A stretch of DNA of 64,000 nt. Source: Cyanophyceae cyanobacterium (lineage in GTDB: Bacteria > Cyanobacteriota > Cyanobacteriia > Cyanobacteriales > JBHJGN01). Both the position numbers and the translations under genes were made by a program. The notes beneath the pieces are model-generated. The model searched no databases. It was given only the letters and a program-made list of their open reading frames with translations, and was not told where the DNA came from. The DNA lies in the NCBI GenBank assembly GCA_050331735.1, contig JBHJGN010000001.1, positions 64,001-128,000 of the forward strand, in the 5' to 3' direction. The first letter of the stretch is position 1; each line of letters begins with the position of its first letter. Shown here in pieces: positions 42,271-52,229 of the stretch.

Positions 42271-42939
42271 ATGGCACAAGTTGCACTGGAAATGGTCAAA
42301 CATAGCGGGGTCGATGTAGATAAGCTCGTGAAAAAGCTAGTTCGTGCTGCTGCGGCTGAGTTTACGACCTATTACTACTACACTATCCTGCGAGCCAACG
42401 CCATTGGTTTTCAAGGAGAAGGGCTCAAGGAAATCATCGAAGATGCCCGTTTAGAAGACCGCAATCATTTTGAAGCGTTGTTGCCGCGCATCTACGAACT
42501 AGGAGGGGAACTACCCCGCGATATCCGGGAGTTTGCCAACGATGCTGCCTGTCCCGACGCCTACCTCCCTGAAGGAATGCAGCGCCAGAACTGTGCGCCG
42601 CGCGTTGGCTTCACTGGCGGAGGAGTCGAAGAGGAAAAAGCGGTTTCAGAGGTCAAAGAATCAGCACAGCAGGGCGATATGCGCCAGATGCTGCAAGTTT
42701 TAGTGGAGGCTGAACGCTGTGCAATTCGAGTTTATACAGATATTTGCAACATGACCTTCGGGAAAGATCACCGCACCTACGAGCTATCTTTAGCCATTCT
42801 TAACGAAGAGATTGAACACGAAGCTTGGTTCTCAGAGTTTCTAGGGGAGGGTCCGTCCGGTCATATCCGTCGTGGTTCACCAGGAGAATCTCCCTACACA
42901 TCCCGCTTTCTCGTCGCACCCAATTCCCATGCTCAATAA
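42271..42939 (+). CDS. Ferritin-like Dps-like protein (DPSL type)
   Basis: [30 protein letters not shown] and EEIEHE motifs. Confidence 0.85.
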   Translation: MAQVALEMVKHSGVDVDKLVKKLVRAAAAEFTTYYYYTILRANAIGFQGEGLKEIIEDARLEDRNHFEALLPRIYELGGELPRDIREFANDAACPDAYLPEGMQRQNCAPRVGFTGGGVEEEKAVSEVKESAQQGDMRQMLQVLVEAERCAIRVYTDICNMTFGKDHRTYELSLAILNEEIEHEAWFSEFLGEGPSGHIRRGSPGESPYTSRFLVAPNSHAQ

Positions 42940-43311
42940 CTAGGAGCTAGGATAGCGTCACTTTGGAATTGGCAGTGCCTCTGACGTTTGCCCCTAATTC
43001 ACTGCCAATTCTTGGTGACTATTATGGTTCAGCGTGTTCGAGTGGCCCGTGGTGAAGCATCTTTTAGCAGAACACCCCCTATCAGATTTAATCAGCACTG
43101 TCTGCTCCTGCGATCTAGATGGAGAAATTTATGCTGTAGAGGCTCGCTGTCTCCACTGCAACGGACCTTCAGAGCAAGGACAGCTACGGGGAAATATTAT
43201 TGAATATCCTTAGTATTACTATCAATACGATGCCGTGTTGATCCCACCGACCTTTCTCAGTTAGCAAACGATTTGAAGAGGAGGTTTTCATAGAATTATC
43301 AGGAGATAACA

Positions 43312-43866
43312 ATGAATTCAGCAAATTTTTTCTCATTCGGCGGAAATCTTGACCAAGACTCGATAGACTCCGTTGAGCTTGTCAAGAGATATGCTCAAGG
43401 AGAACGGAATTTTCATGAAATTCGGCTTAACGGAGCTAACCTTTGGAAGATTAATCTTGGCGAAGCCGACTTAAGTGGGGCAGATTTAATCGGAGTCGAT
43501 TTGAGACAAGCTAATTTAAGAGGAACCAATCTTAGTGGAGCTAATCTGACTGGAGCTAATCTTCATCGTGCCAATTTGATGAATTCTCAGCTTATTTTGG
43601 CCACTCTACGGGGAGCCAACCTAGAGAGGGTTGAACTGATTCAAAGTAATCTTAATCAAGCGGATTTAAGGTGGGCAAATCTCAGCGAAGCGAATCTAAG
43701 TGCGGCAGATTTGCAGCAAGCAAACTTAGATGAGGCAAGGCTAGGCTCTGCTGTTTTAAGAGGGGCGAACTTGTACAGAGCGAAACTCGAAGTAAGTCAG
43801 TTAGAGGCAGCGAACGTCGATCTCACTTGGGCAACGATGCCGGATGGAACACTCTATCTCGCATAG
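43312..43866 (+). CDS. Pentapeptide repeat protein
   Basis: RYAQGERNF followed by A(D/N)Lxx repeats. Confidence 0.93.
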   Translation: MNSANFFSFGGNLDQDSIDSVELVKRYAQGERNFHEIRLNGANLWKINLGEADLSGADLIGVDLRQANLRGTNLSGANLTGANLHRANLMNSQLILATLRGANLERVELIQSNLNQADLRWANLSEANLSAADLQQANLDEARLGSAVLRGANLYRAKLEVSQLEAANVDLTWATMPDGTLYLA

Positions 43867-43941
43867 CTTTTAAAAGATGAAGCAAAAAGGAAGATTTCGC
43901 TGCAATTGGCTTCCCTCGATTCAACAGTAGAGTCGCATAGC

Positions 43942-44583
43942 TCATTTTCTCCAATCAGGGCGCACAATCAAGAGCGTGAGTACTCCTGAAAAAACAATCA
44001 TGCCAACATTAATTCCGAGCAGCACTAAGCCGCCAAATCCTTGTAGCGGAGAGCTAGACATAAAAGCAATGCTGGCAGCGGCAACCGATGGTACGAGTGC
44101 TAAAGCGGCTACCACTCCGACTAAGGTATCAGTCTTCTGCTTAGCAAGGGCAATGGCTCCTGCTATGCCCGCAGCGAGAGCAGCGGCAACGCTATACCAA
44201 CCAGGACGAACCCGTTCGGCCAGTAGCGGTTTATCGATTAAGTTTGTTTCAGGGGGAATGACGTTGGTGGTGTTCAAGACCCAAGTTGTCAACACCGAAA
44301 ACAGCATTGCGACTAAAAGACCTAATAACGACGTAGCCAAACCTTGCAGGGCTAAACGCGGCTGTCTAGCTACCAGAGCAAACGCAATTAAACCCAGAGG
44401 CGGGAGAGCGGGAGCAACGACCATAGAGCCAATCAGGATCGGAACCGAATTCGTTAGCATAGCGATCGCCGCTAACACTCCAGACATTGCCATGAAGACT
44501 AGATAGGAAGAGGTTAGCTCGGCTTGTTCAGTGATTCTTTGCAGGGTGCGATCGCTAACCAAGGGGCGGCGCTGAGAGGGCAT
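43942..44583 (-). CDS. DUF389 family membrane protein
   Basis: NSVPILIGSMVVAP and LVGVVAALALVP; multi-TM. Confidence 0.82.
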   Translation of the reverse strand: MPSQRRPLVSDRTLQRITEQAELTSSYLVFMAMSGVLAAIAMLTNSVPILIGSMVVAPALPPLGLIAFALVARQPRLALQGLATSLLGLLVAMLFSVLTTWVLNTTNVIPPETNLIDKPLLAERVRPGWYSVAAALAAGIAGAIALAKQKTDTLVGVVAALALVPSVAAASIAFMSSSPLQGFGGLVLLGINVGMIVFSGVLTLLIVRPDWRK

Positions 44584-44707
44584 CTTGAACAGTGAATCAG
44601 TGACCAGTGAGCGATAAACGCAAAGTTTATTTTGATTGAACTTTCAATTGTTAATTCTATAAGCTAAGGCCTGAAGTACAATCAATGAACTTCTCACTAT
44701 TACAGTT

Positions 44708-45307
44708 ATGTCCGGCTTCCAGCGTTTGATTGGCTTAACTGGCAGTATTGGCACAGGTAAAACGACGGTTTCTCGTTACCTAGCTGATGTATATCAACTA
44801 CCGATCCTCGATGCCGATCTCTACGCTAGAGAAGCGGTCCAGCCAGGATCGCCCATTCTCGCCACTATATTTTGTCGATATGGGAGCTCGGTGCAAATGC
44901 CCGATCGGACTCTCAACCGCCAACGCTTAGGAGAAATCATTTTCAATGACGCAGAAGAGAAACGCTGGCTAGAGCAACAAATTCATCCCTTCGTGCGCGA
45001 TCGCTTTTTATCTGAACTGCAACAGTTAGCGGAACCAACGATCGTTCTTGCGATTCCGCTGCTGTTTGAAGCCCAAATGACAGATTTAGTGACAGAAATT
45101 TGGGTCGTTTACTGCTCTTTCGAGGAGCAGGTTAAGCGGTTAAAGCAGCGCGATTGCCTCAATCGGCAACAGGCGATCGCCCGCATCCACAGTCAGCTCC
45201 CCATTGACACCAAGATGGCGGCGGCGGATGTTGTTTTAGACAATTCCTCCAGTTTAGAATCTCTCTACAGACAGATAGACCAAAGCTTCAAGCCGGCAAA
45301 AAGTTAG
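44708..45307 (+). CDS. coaE: Dephospho-CoA kinase
   Basis: IGLTGSIGTGKTT, DAD, IHP, IPLLFE. Confidence 0.95.
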   Translation: MSGFQRLIGLTGSIGTGKTTVSRYLADVYQLPILDADLYAREAVQPGSPILATIFCRYGSSVQMPDRTLNRQRLGEIIFNDAEEKRWLEQQIHPFVRDRFLSELQQLAEPTIVLAIPLLFEAQMTDLVTEIWVVYCSFEEQVKRLKQRDCLNRQQAIARIHSQLPIDTKMAAADVVLDNSSSLESLYRQIDQSFKPAKS

Positions 45308-45414
45308 GCTTTTGCTATTCAACACACCACATCAAGCACTTAAAAATTAAGTAAGGCAGGAGGCAGACGGCAGAAGGGTTTGCAAAGGAAGGAAACAGGG
45401 GTTTGAGATGCGGA

Positions 45415-45594
45415 TTGGGTGTTAGTTCGAGTCCTGAGAGTAATGGACCGCTGAGCGATGCTGTTCCTCGCTTTGTTCGTGTCGGTGCATCAGGATATAG
45501 GAATCGCTTGTCCATCAATCAGTTCGCAGGCAACATTGTCATCTGGCAGGGCTAAAAATTCTTCAAGAGTAAGGTTCGTTTTGGTTTGAGGCAT
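45415..45594 (-). pseudogene. Internally deleted Uma2 gene
   Basis: Uma2 N-terminus (MPQTKTNLTLEEFLALPDDNVACELIDGQAIP) is joined out of frame to a Uma2-like C-terminus (YPDAPTRTKRG...PLLSGLELT); the core is missing. Confidence 0.7.
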
Positions 45595-45756
45595 TGTAGC
45601 AGGCACTTTCTGGGGAAAGGGTAAGGGGGAAAGGGGAAAGGAATAATTATTTCTTAATTTATCTGAGTTTGTTAGATTAATTGTATGCTCAAGGTTTTCA
45701 AGAGATTGGACAAAACCTAGCACCCCAAAGGCGATCGCAACTCAACGTTTAGTAAT

Positions 45757-47505
45757 ATGACAATTCTTGAACAGCTTCAAAACCGCTTGAGTAAAGCGTT
45801 GGTGGCGGCATTTGGGGGAGAATTAGCCGACCAAGATCCGATGGTAGTTCCGGCGAGTAACCCCAAGTTTGGCGATTATCAGTCGAATGTAGCCCTGCCG
45901 TTAGCGAAAGAGCTGAAACAGAAACCAAGAGCGATCGCCTCTGCTATTGTCGAGCAACTCAACGTTGCCGATCTCTGCGAACCACCAGAAATAGCCGGCC
46001 CAGGATTTATCAATTTAACGATCAAGCCAAGCTATTTAGAGGCGCAGTTGGGAGAGATCCAAAGCGATCCGCGCTTAGGAGTCGCCCCTACCCCCAGTCC
46101 GCAACGAGTTATTGTCGATTATCCCAGTCCAAACATTGCCAAGGAGATGCACGTTGGTCATTTACGTCCAGCCGTGATTGGAGACTGTATCGCTCGTATT
46201 TTAGAATTTTTGGGTCATGATGTGTTGCGGCTCAGTCATGTTGGCGACTGGGGAACGCCCTTTGGCATGTTGATTGCCTACCTGCGCGAGGCATACCCGG
46301 AAGCGTTGACGACAGAAGGGTTAGACTTAGGAGATTTATCTACGTTCTATCGTCAGGCCAAGCGGCGCTTTGATGAAGATGCAGAATTTCGAGAAGCGGC
46401 TCGCCTTGCCGTGGTGCAGCTTCAGGCAGGAGATGGGTCAACGCTTCGCGCCTGGAAAATTGTTTGCGAGTTATCAAGTCGCTCGTACCAGGAGATTTAT
46501 AATCTACTCGGCATCTCTCCTTTTGTAGAACGCGGCGAATCTTTTTACAACCCCTTCCTTCCAGAAATTGTAGAGGAGCTAGAGCGCCTTGGCTTGCTCG
46601 TTGAGGATGAAGGCGCAAAATGTGTCTTTTTAGAAGGCTTTACCAACAAAGAAGGCAAGCCGCTGCCGCTAATTGTCCAGAAATCGAATGGAGGTTATAA
46701 CTATGCCACGACTGATCTAGCTGCTATTCGCTATCGAGTGCAGAAAGATCAGGCGCAGTGGGTGATTTACCCGGTCGGAGCGGAACAGAGCAACCATTTT
46801 GCCCAAATATTCCAAGTCGGACGACGAGCAGGCTGGATCGGTGACGAGCATTGGTTCGTGCATGCGCCCTTTGGACTGGTGCTAGGGGAAGACAGCAAAA
46901 AGCTCAAAACCCGCTCTGGAGAAGCCGTCCGGTTGCAGGATTTATTAGAGGAGGCGATCGCCCGCGCTCGTGCTGATTTAGAAGCTCGTTTAGCCCAAGA
47001 AGGACGCACCGAGAGCGAAGAGTTTATCGAGCACGAGGCGAAAGTGGTGGGGATCAGTGCAGTTAAGTATGCCGACCTGAGCCAAAATCGCACCAGTAAC
47101 TATATCTTCAATTACGATAAAATGCTCTCTCTTCAGGGCAACACCGCACCGTACCTTCTTTATGCCTACGTGCGGGTGCAGGGCATCAGTCGCAAAGGCA
47201 ATATCGATTTTAAGCAGTTAGGTGCGATTAACGTTGTTCTCGAAGAAACCGAATTGACGCTTTCTAAGCATATTCTGCAACTAAGTGAAGTGCTCAACGC
47301 TGTCGAACAAGATCTCCTCCCCAATCGGTTGTGCGAATATTTGTTCCAACTGAGCCAAAAGTTTAATCAATTCTACGACCGCTGTCCGGTGCTTCAGGCC
47401 GAAGAACCGCAGAGGTCTTCTCGCTTAGTGCTGTGCGATCTGACGGCTCGTACCCTGAAGTTAGGTCTCTCTCTGCTAGGAATTCCGGTGCTGGAGCGAA
47501 TGTAG
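45757..47505 (+). CDS. argS: Arginine--tRNA ligase
   Basis: [36 protein letters not shown] and terminal ERM. Confidence 0.97.
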   Translation: MTILEQLQNRLSKALVAAFGGELADQDPMVVPASNPKFGDYQSNVALPLAKELKQKPRAIASAIVEQLNVADLCEPPEIAGPGFINLTIKPSYLEAQLGEIQSDPRLGVAPTPSPQRVIVDYPSPNIAKEMHVGHLRPAVIGDCIARILEFLGHDVLRLSHVGDWGTPFGMLIAYLREAYPEALTTEGLDLGDLSTFYRQAKRRFDEDAEFREAARLAVVQLQAGDGSTLRAWKIVCELSSRSYQEIYNLLGISPFVERGESFYNPFLPEIVEELERLGLLVEDEGAKCVFLEGFTNKEGKPLPLIVQKSNGGYNYATTDLAAIRYRVQKDQAQWVIYPVGAEQSNHFAQIFQVGRRAGWIGDEHWFVHAPFGLVLGEDSKKLKTRSGEAVRLQDLLEEAIARARADLEARLAQEGRTESEEFIEHEAKVVGISAVKYADLSQNRTSNYIFNYDKMLSLQGNTAPYLLYAYVRVQGISRKGNIDFKQLGAINVVLEETELTLSKHILQLSEVLNAVEQDLLPNRLCEYLFQLSQKFNQFYDRCPVLQAEEPQRSSRLVLCDLTARTLKLGLSLLGIPVLERM

Positions 47506-47609
47506 CAGTTAAGTCGTCGGCAAGGACGCGAGGCGATCGCATTGGCTGTTGGTAAAGAGAGCGAGGCGTGTCTATCCAAAAAAAACGCCACTTGACCCCA
47601 AGCCTACTG

Positions 47610-48155
47610 CTATTCAAACACAGGCGGCCACAGCTCAGATACCTGCACTTCCCATCCCGGCAACAGATTGGGAAGGCTCAAAACATCTCCATCCTTTAGA
47701 GCGAGCGGTTCTTGCCCCGCTCGCCGAATTTCTAACCACCGCTGCTCTGGATGAATCAAAATGCCCACCTGAGTTCCCTGCTCCAGGAACTGATCAATTT
47801 TTGCTCGCAGCCCTGTCAGGCTATCGGTGGGCGATTTTACCTCGACCATTAAATCCGGGGCTAACTCCGCAAAGCTGCGCGGACTGCGCCGTAGCCGTTC
47901 TGCTTGCACAAACGATACATCCGGGGCGCGGGTATCTGAATTAGGCAAGTTAAATCCGGCCCCGGCCCCCGTCACTCGTCCAAGCTGGCGCGGTCTAGTC
48001 CAATTTGCAAGTTGCCGCCCAAACTCAAACGCCACCTCATCAGACTCATAGCCAGATGGACTCATCAGCACAATTTTCCCATCAATCAGTTCAACTCGAT
48101 AGCGATCGTCAAGCTGACGCTGCACCTTCTCCAAATCTTTGGCTGTTAACCCCAT
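47610..48155 (-). CDS. Uma2 family protein
   Basis: ELIDG, RAPDVSFV, APDLMVEVKSP. Confidence 0.92.
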   Translation of the reverse strand: MGLTAKDLEKVQRQLDDRYRVELIDGKIVLMSPSGYESDEVAFEFGRQLANWTRPRQLGRVTGAGAGFNLPNSDTRAPDVSFVQAERLRRSPRSFAELAPDLMVEVKSPTDSLTGLRAKIDQFLEQGTQVGILIHPEQRWLEIRRAGQEPLALKDGDVLSLPNLLPGWEVQVSELWPPVFE

Positions 48156-48291
48156 TGCTACCTCTTGTAGACGCGCGAGCTACTTGCGATCTATTCTATG
48201 TAACTTTTGAAGTGCTGAGCGATCGCTGACTGGGGCGACTCTCGCCTGAGTGAGGCTAATCTCACCGGGAAAGCTAGGATCGTGATGTAGC

Positions 48292-48978
48292 ATGCAGGAA
48301 ACTAAGATGGTTGCTAATCAATCTAGGACTCCCGTTATCCCACCGCTGGAGAATGGCGATCGCCTCACTCGTCCTGAATTTGAACGGCGTTATGCGGCAA
48401 TGACCCACCTTAAAAAGGCAGAATTAATTGAAGGAGTTGTCTACGTGCCAGCAGCATTAAGGTTTGGCAACCATGCAGAACCTCATGGTCAGCTCATTAC
48501 CTGGTTAGGAGTTTACCAAGCCTTTACTCCTAGAGTCAGAGTTGGCGATAATCCTACTGTTCGTCTGGATTTAGATAACGATCCTCAGCCCGATGCCGTA
48601 CTGCTCATCGATGGCGGACAAGCTAGCATTAGTGAGGACGATTACATTGAAGGTGCGCCCGAATTAGTCGTGGAGGTTGCTGCCAGTAGTGCTGCCTACG
48701 ATCTGCATGACAAAAAACGAGCCTATAGACGCAATGGGGTGCAGGAATATCTTGTCTGGCGAGTCTACGAACAGGAACTAGATTGGTTTCGCCTGGAAGC
48801 AGGAGAGTTTGTGAGACTACAGCCAGATGCCCAAGGAGTTGTTCGTTCTAGAGTCTTTCCGGGTTTATGGTTAGCCACAGCCTCATTATTATCCGGAGAA
48901 ATGGACCAGGTATTAGCAATGTTGCAGCAGGGACTAAATACGCCAGAACATCAAGATTTTGGGCAACGTTCTGATTAA
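48292..48978 (+). CDS. Uma2 family protein
   Basis: LENGDRL, PQPDAVL, APELVVEVAASS, GVQEY. Confidence 0.92.
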   Translation: MQETKMVANQSRTPVIPPLENGDRLTRPEFERRYAAMTHLKKAELIEGVVYVPAALRFGNHAEPHGQLITWLGVYQAFTPRVRVGDNPTVRLDLDNDPQPDAVLLIDGGQASISEDDYIEGAPELVVEVAASSAAYDLHDKKRAYRRNGVQEYLVWRVYEQELDWFRLEAGEFVRLQPDAQGVVRSRVFPGLWLATASLLSGEMDQVLAMLQQGLNTPEHQDFGQRSD

Positions 48979-49102
48979 ACCGGATCGCAACTGCGAAAAA
49001 GTAGCATGCGGTATAAGTTAAAGTGATCGCTTTATTGTATTAAGTAAAGAGACAACTGCTCCCATTTCTCAACGGACATGCTGCACAAATAGAGAGAACT
49101 GT

Positions 49103-49175
49103 AACCTTTACCCCTTCCCCTTTCCCCTTTACCCCTGACACCGCATCTGTAGCTCTACTTTCCAGAAATGGAATG
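49103..49175. repeat. Heptamer tract plus MITE-like end
   Basis: CCTTTAC/CCTTCCC/CTTTCCC units, then GACACCGCATCTGTAGCTCTACTTTCCAGAAATGG. Confidence 0.6.
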
Positions 49176-49176
49176 T

Positions 49177-49737
49177 CTATACCTGTAGCTCAAATCCAGG
49201 TAATACCTCTTCTCCAGAAACAATAGCTGGCAGTTGTCTCACTGCTACCGTTTCTGGTCGGTAGATTTCTACTGTGGCATCTTGCAGATTGATCAGCCAG
49301 CCTAAACGCAGTCCGTTAGTAATATATTCCTGCATTTTCTCTTGCAGGGAAACCAGGCGATCGCTTTGTGACCGCAATTCAATGACAAAATCGGGAACCA
49401 GGGGAGGAAATTTTTTCCGCTGTTCTAGGGTTAAAGCTTCCCATCGATTCAATTTGACCCAAGCCGCGTCAGGCGATCGCTTAGCACCATTAGGTAAGAT
49501 AAAAATCGTGGAAGAGCTAAACACTTTTCCTAATTTAGCTTGACGATTCCAAATACTTAAATCTGTAATCAGATCTGCTTCTTGACTACCGCTTTCTCCT
49601 CCGACTGGTGGCACGATAATTAATTCTCCTGCTGCACTCATCTCCAGGCTGAGATCGCGATTAGCCATACATAACTGATAAAATTGCTCGTCGGTTAAAT
49701 GAGCAATTGGTTCTAGATTGAGCACAACCGTATTCAT
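49177..49737 (-). CDS. Uma2 family protein
   Basis: RSPDAAWV, PDFVIELRS, LGWLI. ATG 49737 preferred. Confidence 0.92.
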   Translation of the reverse strand: MNTVVLNLEPIAHLTDEQFYQLCMANRDLSLEMSAAGELIIVPPVGGESGSQEADLITDLSIWNRQAKLGKVFSSSTIFILPNGAKRSPDAAWVKLNRWEALTLEQRKKFPPLVPDFVIELRSQSDRLVSLQEKMQEYITNGLRLGWLINLQDATVEIYRPETVAVRQLPAIVSGEEVLPGFELQV

Positions 49738-49815
49738 AAAAATTGCCCTCGTGCTTTGCTCATAATTATAAAATTGAGGCAAGACCCGTGAAACTCCTTC
49801 AAACAGGAATGACTC

Positions 49816-50424
49816 ATGGTACAGACCCCATTCAAACCCATCACGCTAGAAGAGTTTCTCCAACTGCCAGAAACTGAGCCTGCTAGCGAATATATTGCTG
49901 GGCAAATCATCCAAAAGCCGATGCCCCAGGGAAAGCACAGCACTATTCAAACTGAGTTTTCTACGACCGTAAATGTCAGTCTTAAACCTCGACAGGTTGC
50001 AAGAGCGTTTTCAGAGCTACGCTGTACGTTTGGTGAACGCTCAATCGTTCCAGATGTATCTGTGTTTACCTGGCAGAGAATTCCACGGGACAAAAATGGG
50101 GAGGTTTCTAATACCTTTCTCTTGTCTCCTGACTGGACAATTGAAATCCTGTCGCCCGACGGGCGACACAAGCCCCCGAATCGAATTCGGGGGTCGCGCC
50201 CTTATCAGAGCCAAACAAAAGTAACCAAGAACACTTTGCACTGTCTTAATCATGGTACTCAAATGGGTTGGCTAATCGATCCTCATGAGCAAACGGTTTT
50301 TGTTTATCGTCCCAAACAGCAGACGGAAGTATTTGATGAACCAAAACAGCTACTTCCATTTCCCTCCTTTGCTCAGGAGCTAAATTTGAGTGTAGGGGGT
50401 GTGTTTGGTTGGTTATTTGAGTAG
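49816..50424 (+). CDS. Uma2 family protein with in-frame 15-aa insertion
   Basis: IVPDVSV, PDWTIEILSPD[GRHKPPNRIRGSRPY]QSQTKV, GWLIDP. Confidence 0.9.
   Translation: MVQTPFKPITLEEFLQLPETEPASEYIAGQIIQKPMPQGKHSTIQTEFSTTVNVSLKPRQVARAFSELRCTFGERSIVPDVSVFTWQRIPRDKNGEVSNTFLLSPDWTIEILSPDGRHKPPNRIRGSRPYQSQTKVTKNTLHCLNHGTQMGWLIDPHEQTVFVYRPKQQTEVFDEPKQLLPFPSFAQELNLSVGGVFGWLFE
50161..50205. repeat. 45-nt palindromic (REP-like) insertion inside a CDS
   Basis: GGGCGACACAAG-CCCCCGAAT-CGA-ATTCGGGGG-TCGCGCCC-TTAT forms a nested hairpin. Confidence 0.8.
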
Positions 50425-50513
50425 TGCCGTTTAGACAGTTGTACATTATCGCTCTTGCAATGCAGCGCCAGCCTACAAGCTAAAATTATTGACAAGCGTA
50501 CCTTGAGAATAAA

Positions 50514-51092
50514 ATGACTACAACCAGTCGGCAGTTCACCTTAGCGGAATATCTAACCTATAGTGACAGCACAGAGGGACATTACGAGTTGGTTAATGGA
50601 GAACTCATAGAAATGCCGCCTGAGTGGGACTTTAACAACCAAATTGCCTCCTATCTATTTGCAGAATTGTTGAAGGTTGTTTCAAGTCGTCTCATTCGCT
50701 GCAAGGGAATCGAAATCGTTGTGGGGGGAGTGCGAGCAACGACGAGAGTGCCAGACTTAATGGTATTGAGTGAAGAATTACGACTAGCATTACGACAATC
50801 ACGGCGGGGAACAATTACGTTGGATATGTTGCCCCCGGTACTAGTGGTGGAGGTAGTCTTGCCGGGAAAAGAAAATGAAGATCGGGACTATCGCTACAAG
50901 CGTTCAGAATATGCAGCACGAGGAATTGCTGAATATTGGATTGTCGATCCAGAACGCGGTCAGGTAGTAGTGTTGACGCTGGTGGATGGGTTGTATGAGG
51001 AGGCCATTTATCAAGGAAATGAACACTTGGTTTCCAAGTCTTTTCCAACTTTAAAGCTAACCTCAGAGCAAGTTCTTCGAGGAGGAGAATGA
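50514..51092 (+). CDS. Uma2 family protein
   Basis: YELVNGEL, RVPDLMV, VEVV, KRSEYAARGIAEYWIVDP. Confidence 0.92.
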   Translation: MTTTSRQFTLAEYLTYSDSTEGHYELVNGELIEMPPEWDFNNQIASYLFAELLKVVSSRLIRCKGIEIVVGGVRATTRVPDLMVLSEELRLALRQSRRGTITLDMLPPVLVVEVVLPGKENEDRDYRYKRSEYAARGIAEYWIVDPERGQVVVLTLVDGLYEEAIYQGNEHLVSKSFPTLKLTSEQVLRGGE

Positions 51093-51133
51093 CCGATGAA
51101 AAAGGGCAAGAGGGCTGAAGAGTCCTCGCGCCA

Positions 51134-52006
51134 CTACACAGAACTACACAGTACTCGAAAACCGAAATCGTTGTAGCGGTTGTTCGGACTGCCGCTGTAG
51201 CGAAACGCGGAACGGCAGTATTTTGGAGCTTCGTACCACGCACCACCGCGCAACGGACTATTAGCGCTTTCATCATCAGATGACCAAGGTTTATTGCCGT
51301 TCTTCTTTAGTTCCTCTGGTTTTTCTTCATAGCTATCATGCCAGTGATCTAAACACCACTCCCAAACATTCCCGTGCATGTCGTATAGACCAAATCTATT
51401 CGCTACTTTGAAATAGCCCGCTTCGGTTGTTTCTTCTCTATCGATTCCTCGCGGTCCTCGACCGTAGTTTCCTAAATAAGTCTCGCTGTCTGTTTTAAGG
51501 TCTGTACCTCTGTAGTTTGCTAGATCGGTTGTAATTGTTTCTCCAAAGTGAAATGGCGTTGTCGTTCCCGCACGGCAGGCATATTCCCATTCGGCTTCGG
51601 TCGGCAATCGATATTCTCTTTCTGTGTGGCGAGAGAGGCGATCGCAAAACTCGACCGCTTGATACCAACTAACCTGTTCTACAGGGCGGTTGTCTCCCTT
51701 AAATTCTGACGGATCTGGCTCCAGCTTTCGCTTAACTTGAGGGAAAGAAGCTACAGTTCGCCACTGGGCCTGAGTAACAGGATGCATTCCTAAACAAAAA
51801 TCGCTCAGGCTAACTTCATGCTGTGGCTCTTCAGAAGATTCATGTCCAATTTCGGTTGCAGGAGAACTCATCTGAAAGCTTCCTCCAGGGATCTCGACCA
51901 TTTTCAGCAGAATCCCGTTGCCTAAATCTTCAGCGTAGTAACGTCCAGAGCGATTCTGATAGCGAAGGTTGACGCGATATTTTACTTCACCTTGGGAGAC
52001 AGTCAT
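51134..52006 (-). CDS. FGE-sulfatase/CLec-fold protein with DGR-type variable C-terminus
   Basis: [51 protein letters not shown]...GFRV. Confidence 0.92.
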   Translation of the reverse strand: MTVSQGEVKYRVNLRYQNRSGRYYAEDLGNGILLKMVEIPGGSFQMSSPATEIGHESSEEPQHEVSLSDFCLGMHPVTQAQWRTVASFPQVKRKLEPDPSEFKGDNRPVEQVSWYQAVEFCDRLSRHTEREYRLPTEAEWEYACRAGTTTPFHFGETITTDLANYRGTDLKTDSETYLGNYGRGPRGIDREETTEAGYFKVANRFGLYDMHGNVWEWCLDHWHDSYEEKPEELKKNGNKPWSSDDESANSPLRGGAWYEAPKYCRSAFRYSGSPNNRYNDFGFRVLCSSV

Positions 52007-52019
52007 AGTTAGCTTTCTG

Positions 52020-52136
52020 ACCTCTGATTATTCGTTCTCCGAGGATGAATTTGTGGTCTCTGGGGAGACGGTTGAGGATGGGAACGTACCACTGAATGAG
52101 ATCGTAGGTTTTCTGAATAATGGGTAGCTCTTCCAT
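52020..52136 (-). pseudogene. avd: Truncated DGR accessory variability determinant (Avd), N-terminal ~39 aa only
   Basis: [39 protein letters not shown] resembles the N-terminus of cyanobacterial Avd. The frame continues for 10 unrelated residues to a stop at 51987, overlapping the next gene. Confidence 0.82.
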
Positions 52137-52229
52137 GCAGAATTTGAAAAATAAGCGATCGTGCTGCACACGAGATCGTTAAGGAAAAATGGTAAAGGGT
52201 AGAGGGCAAAAGGTCAAGAGAGCAAAGGG

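Noticed and set aside
50815..51276. 153-aa ORF containing CSGARTL
   Set aside because: It is the alternative frame produced by the 10-bp duplication plus antisense Uma2 sequence, not an independent gene.
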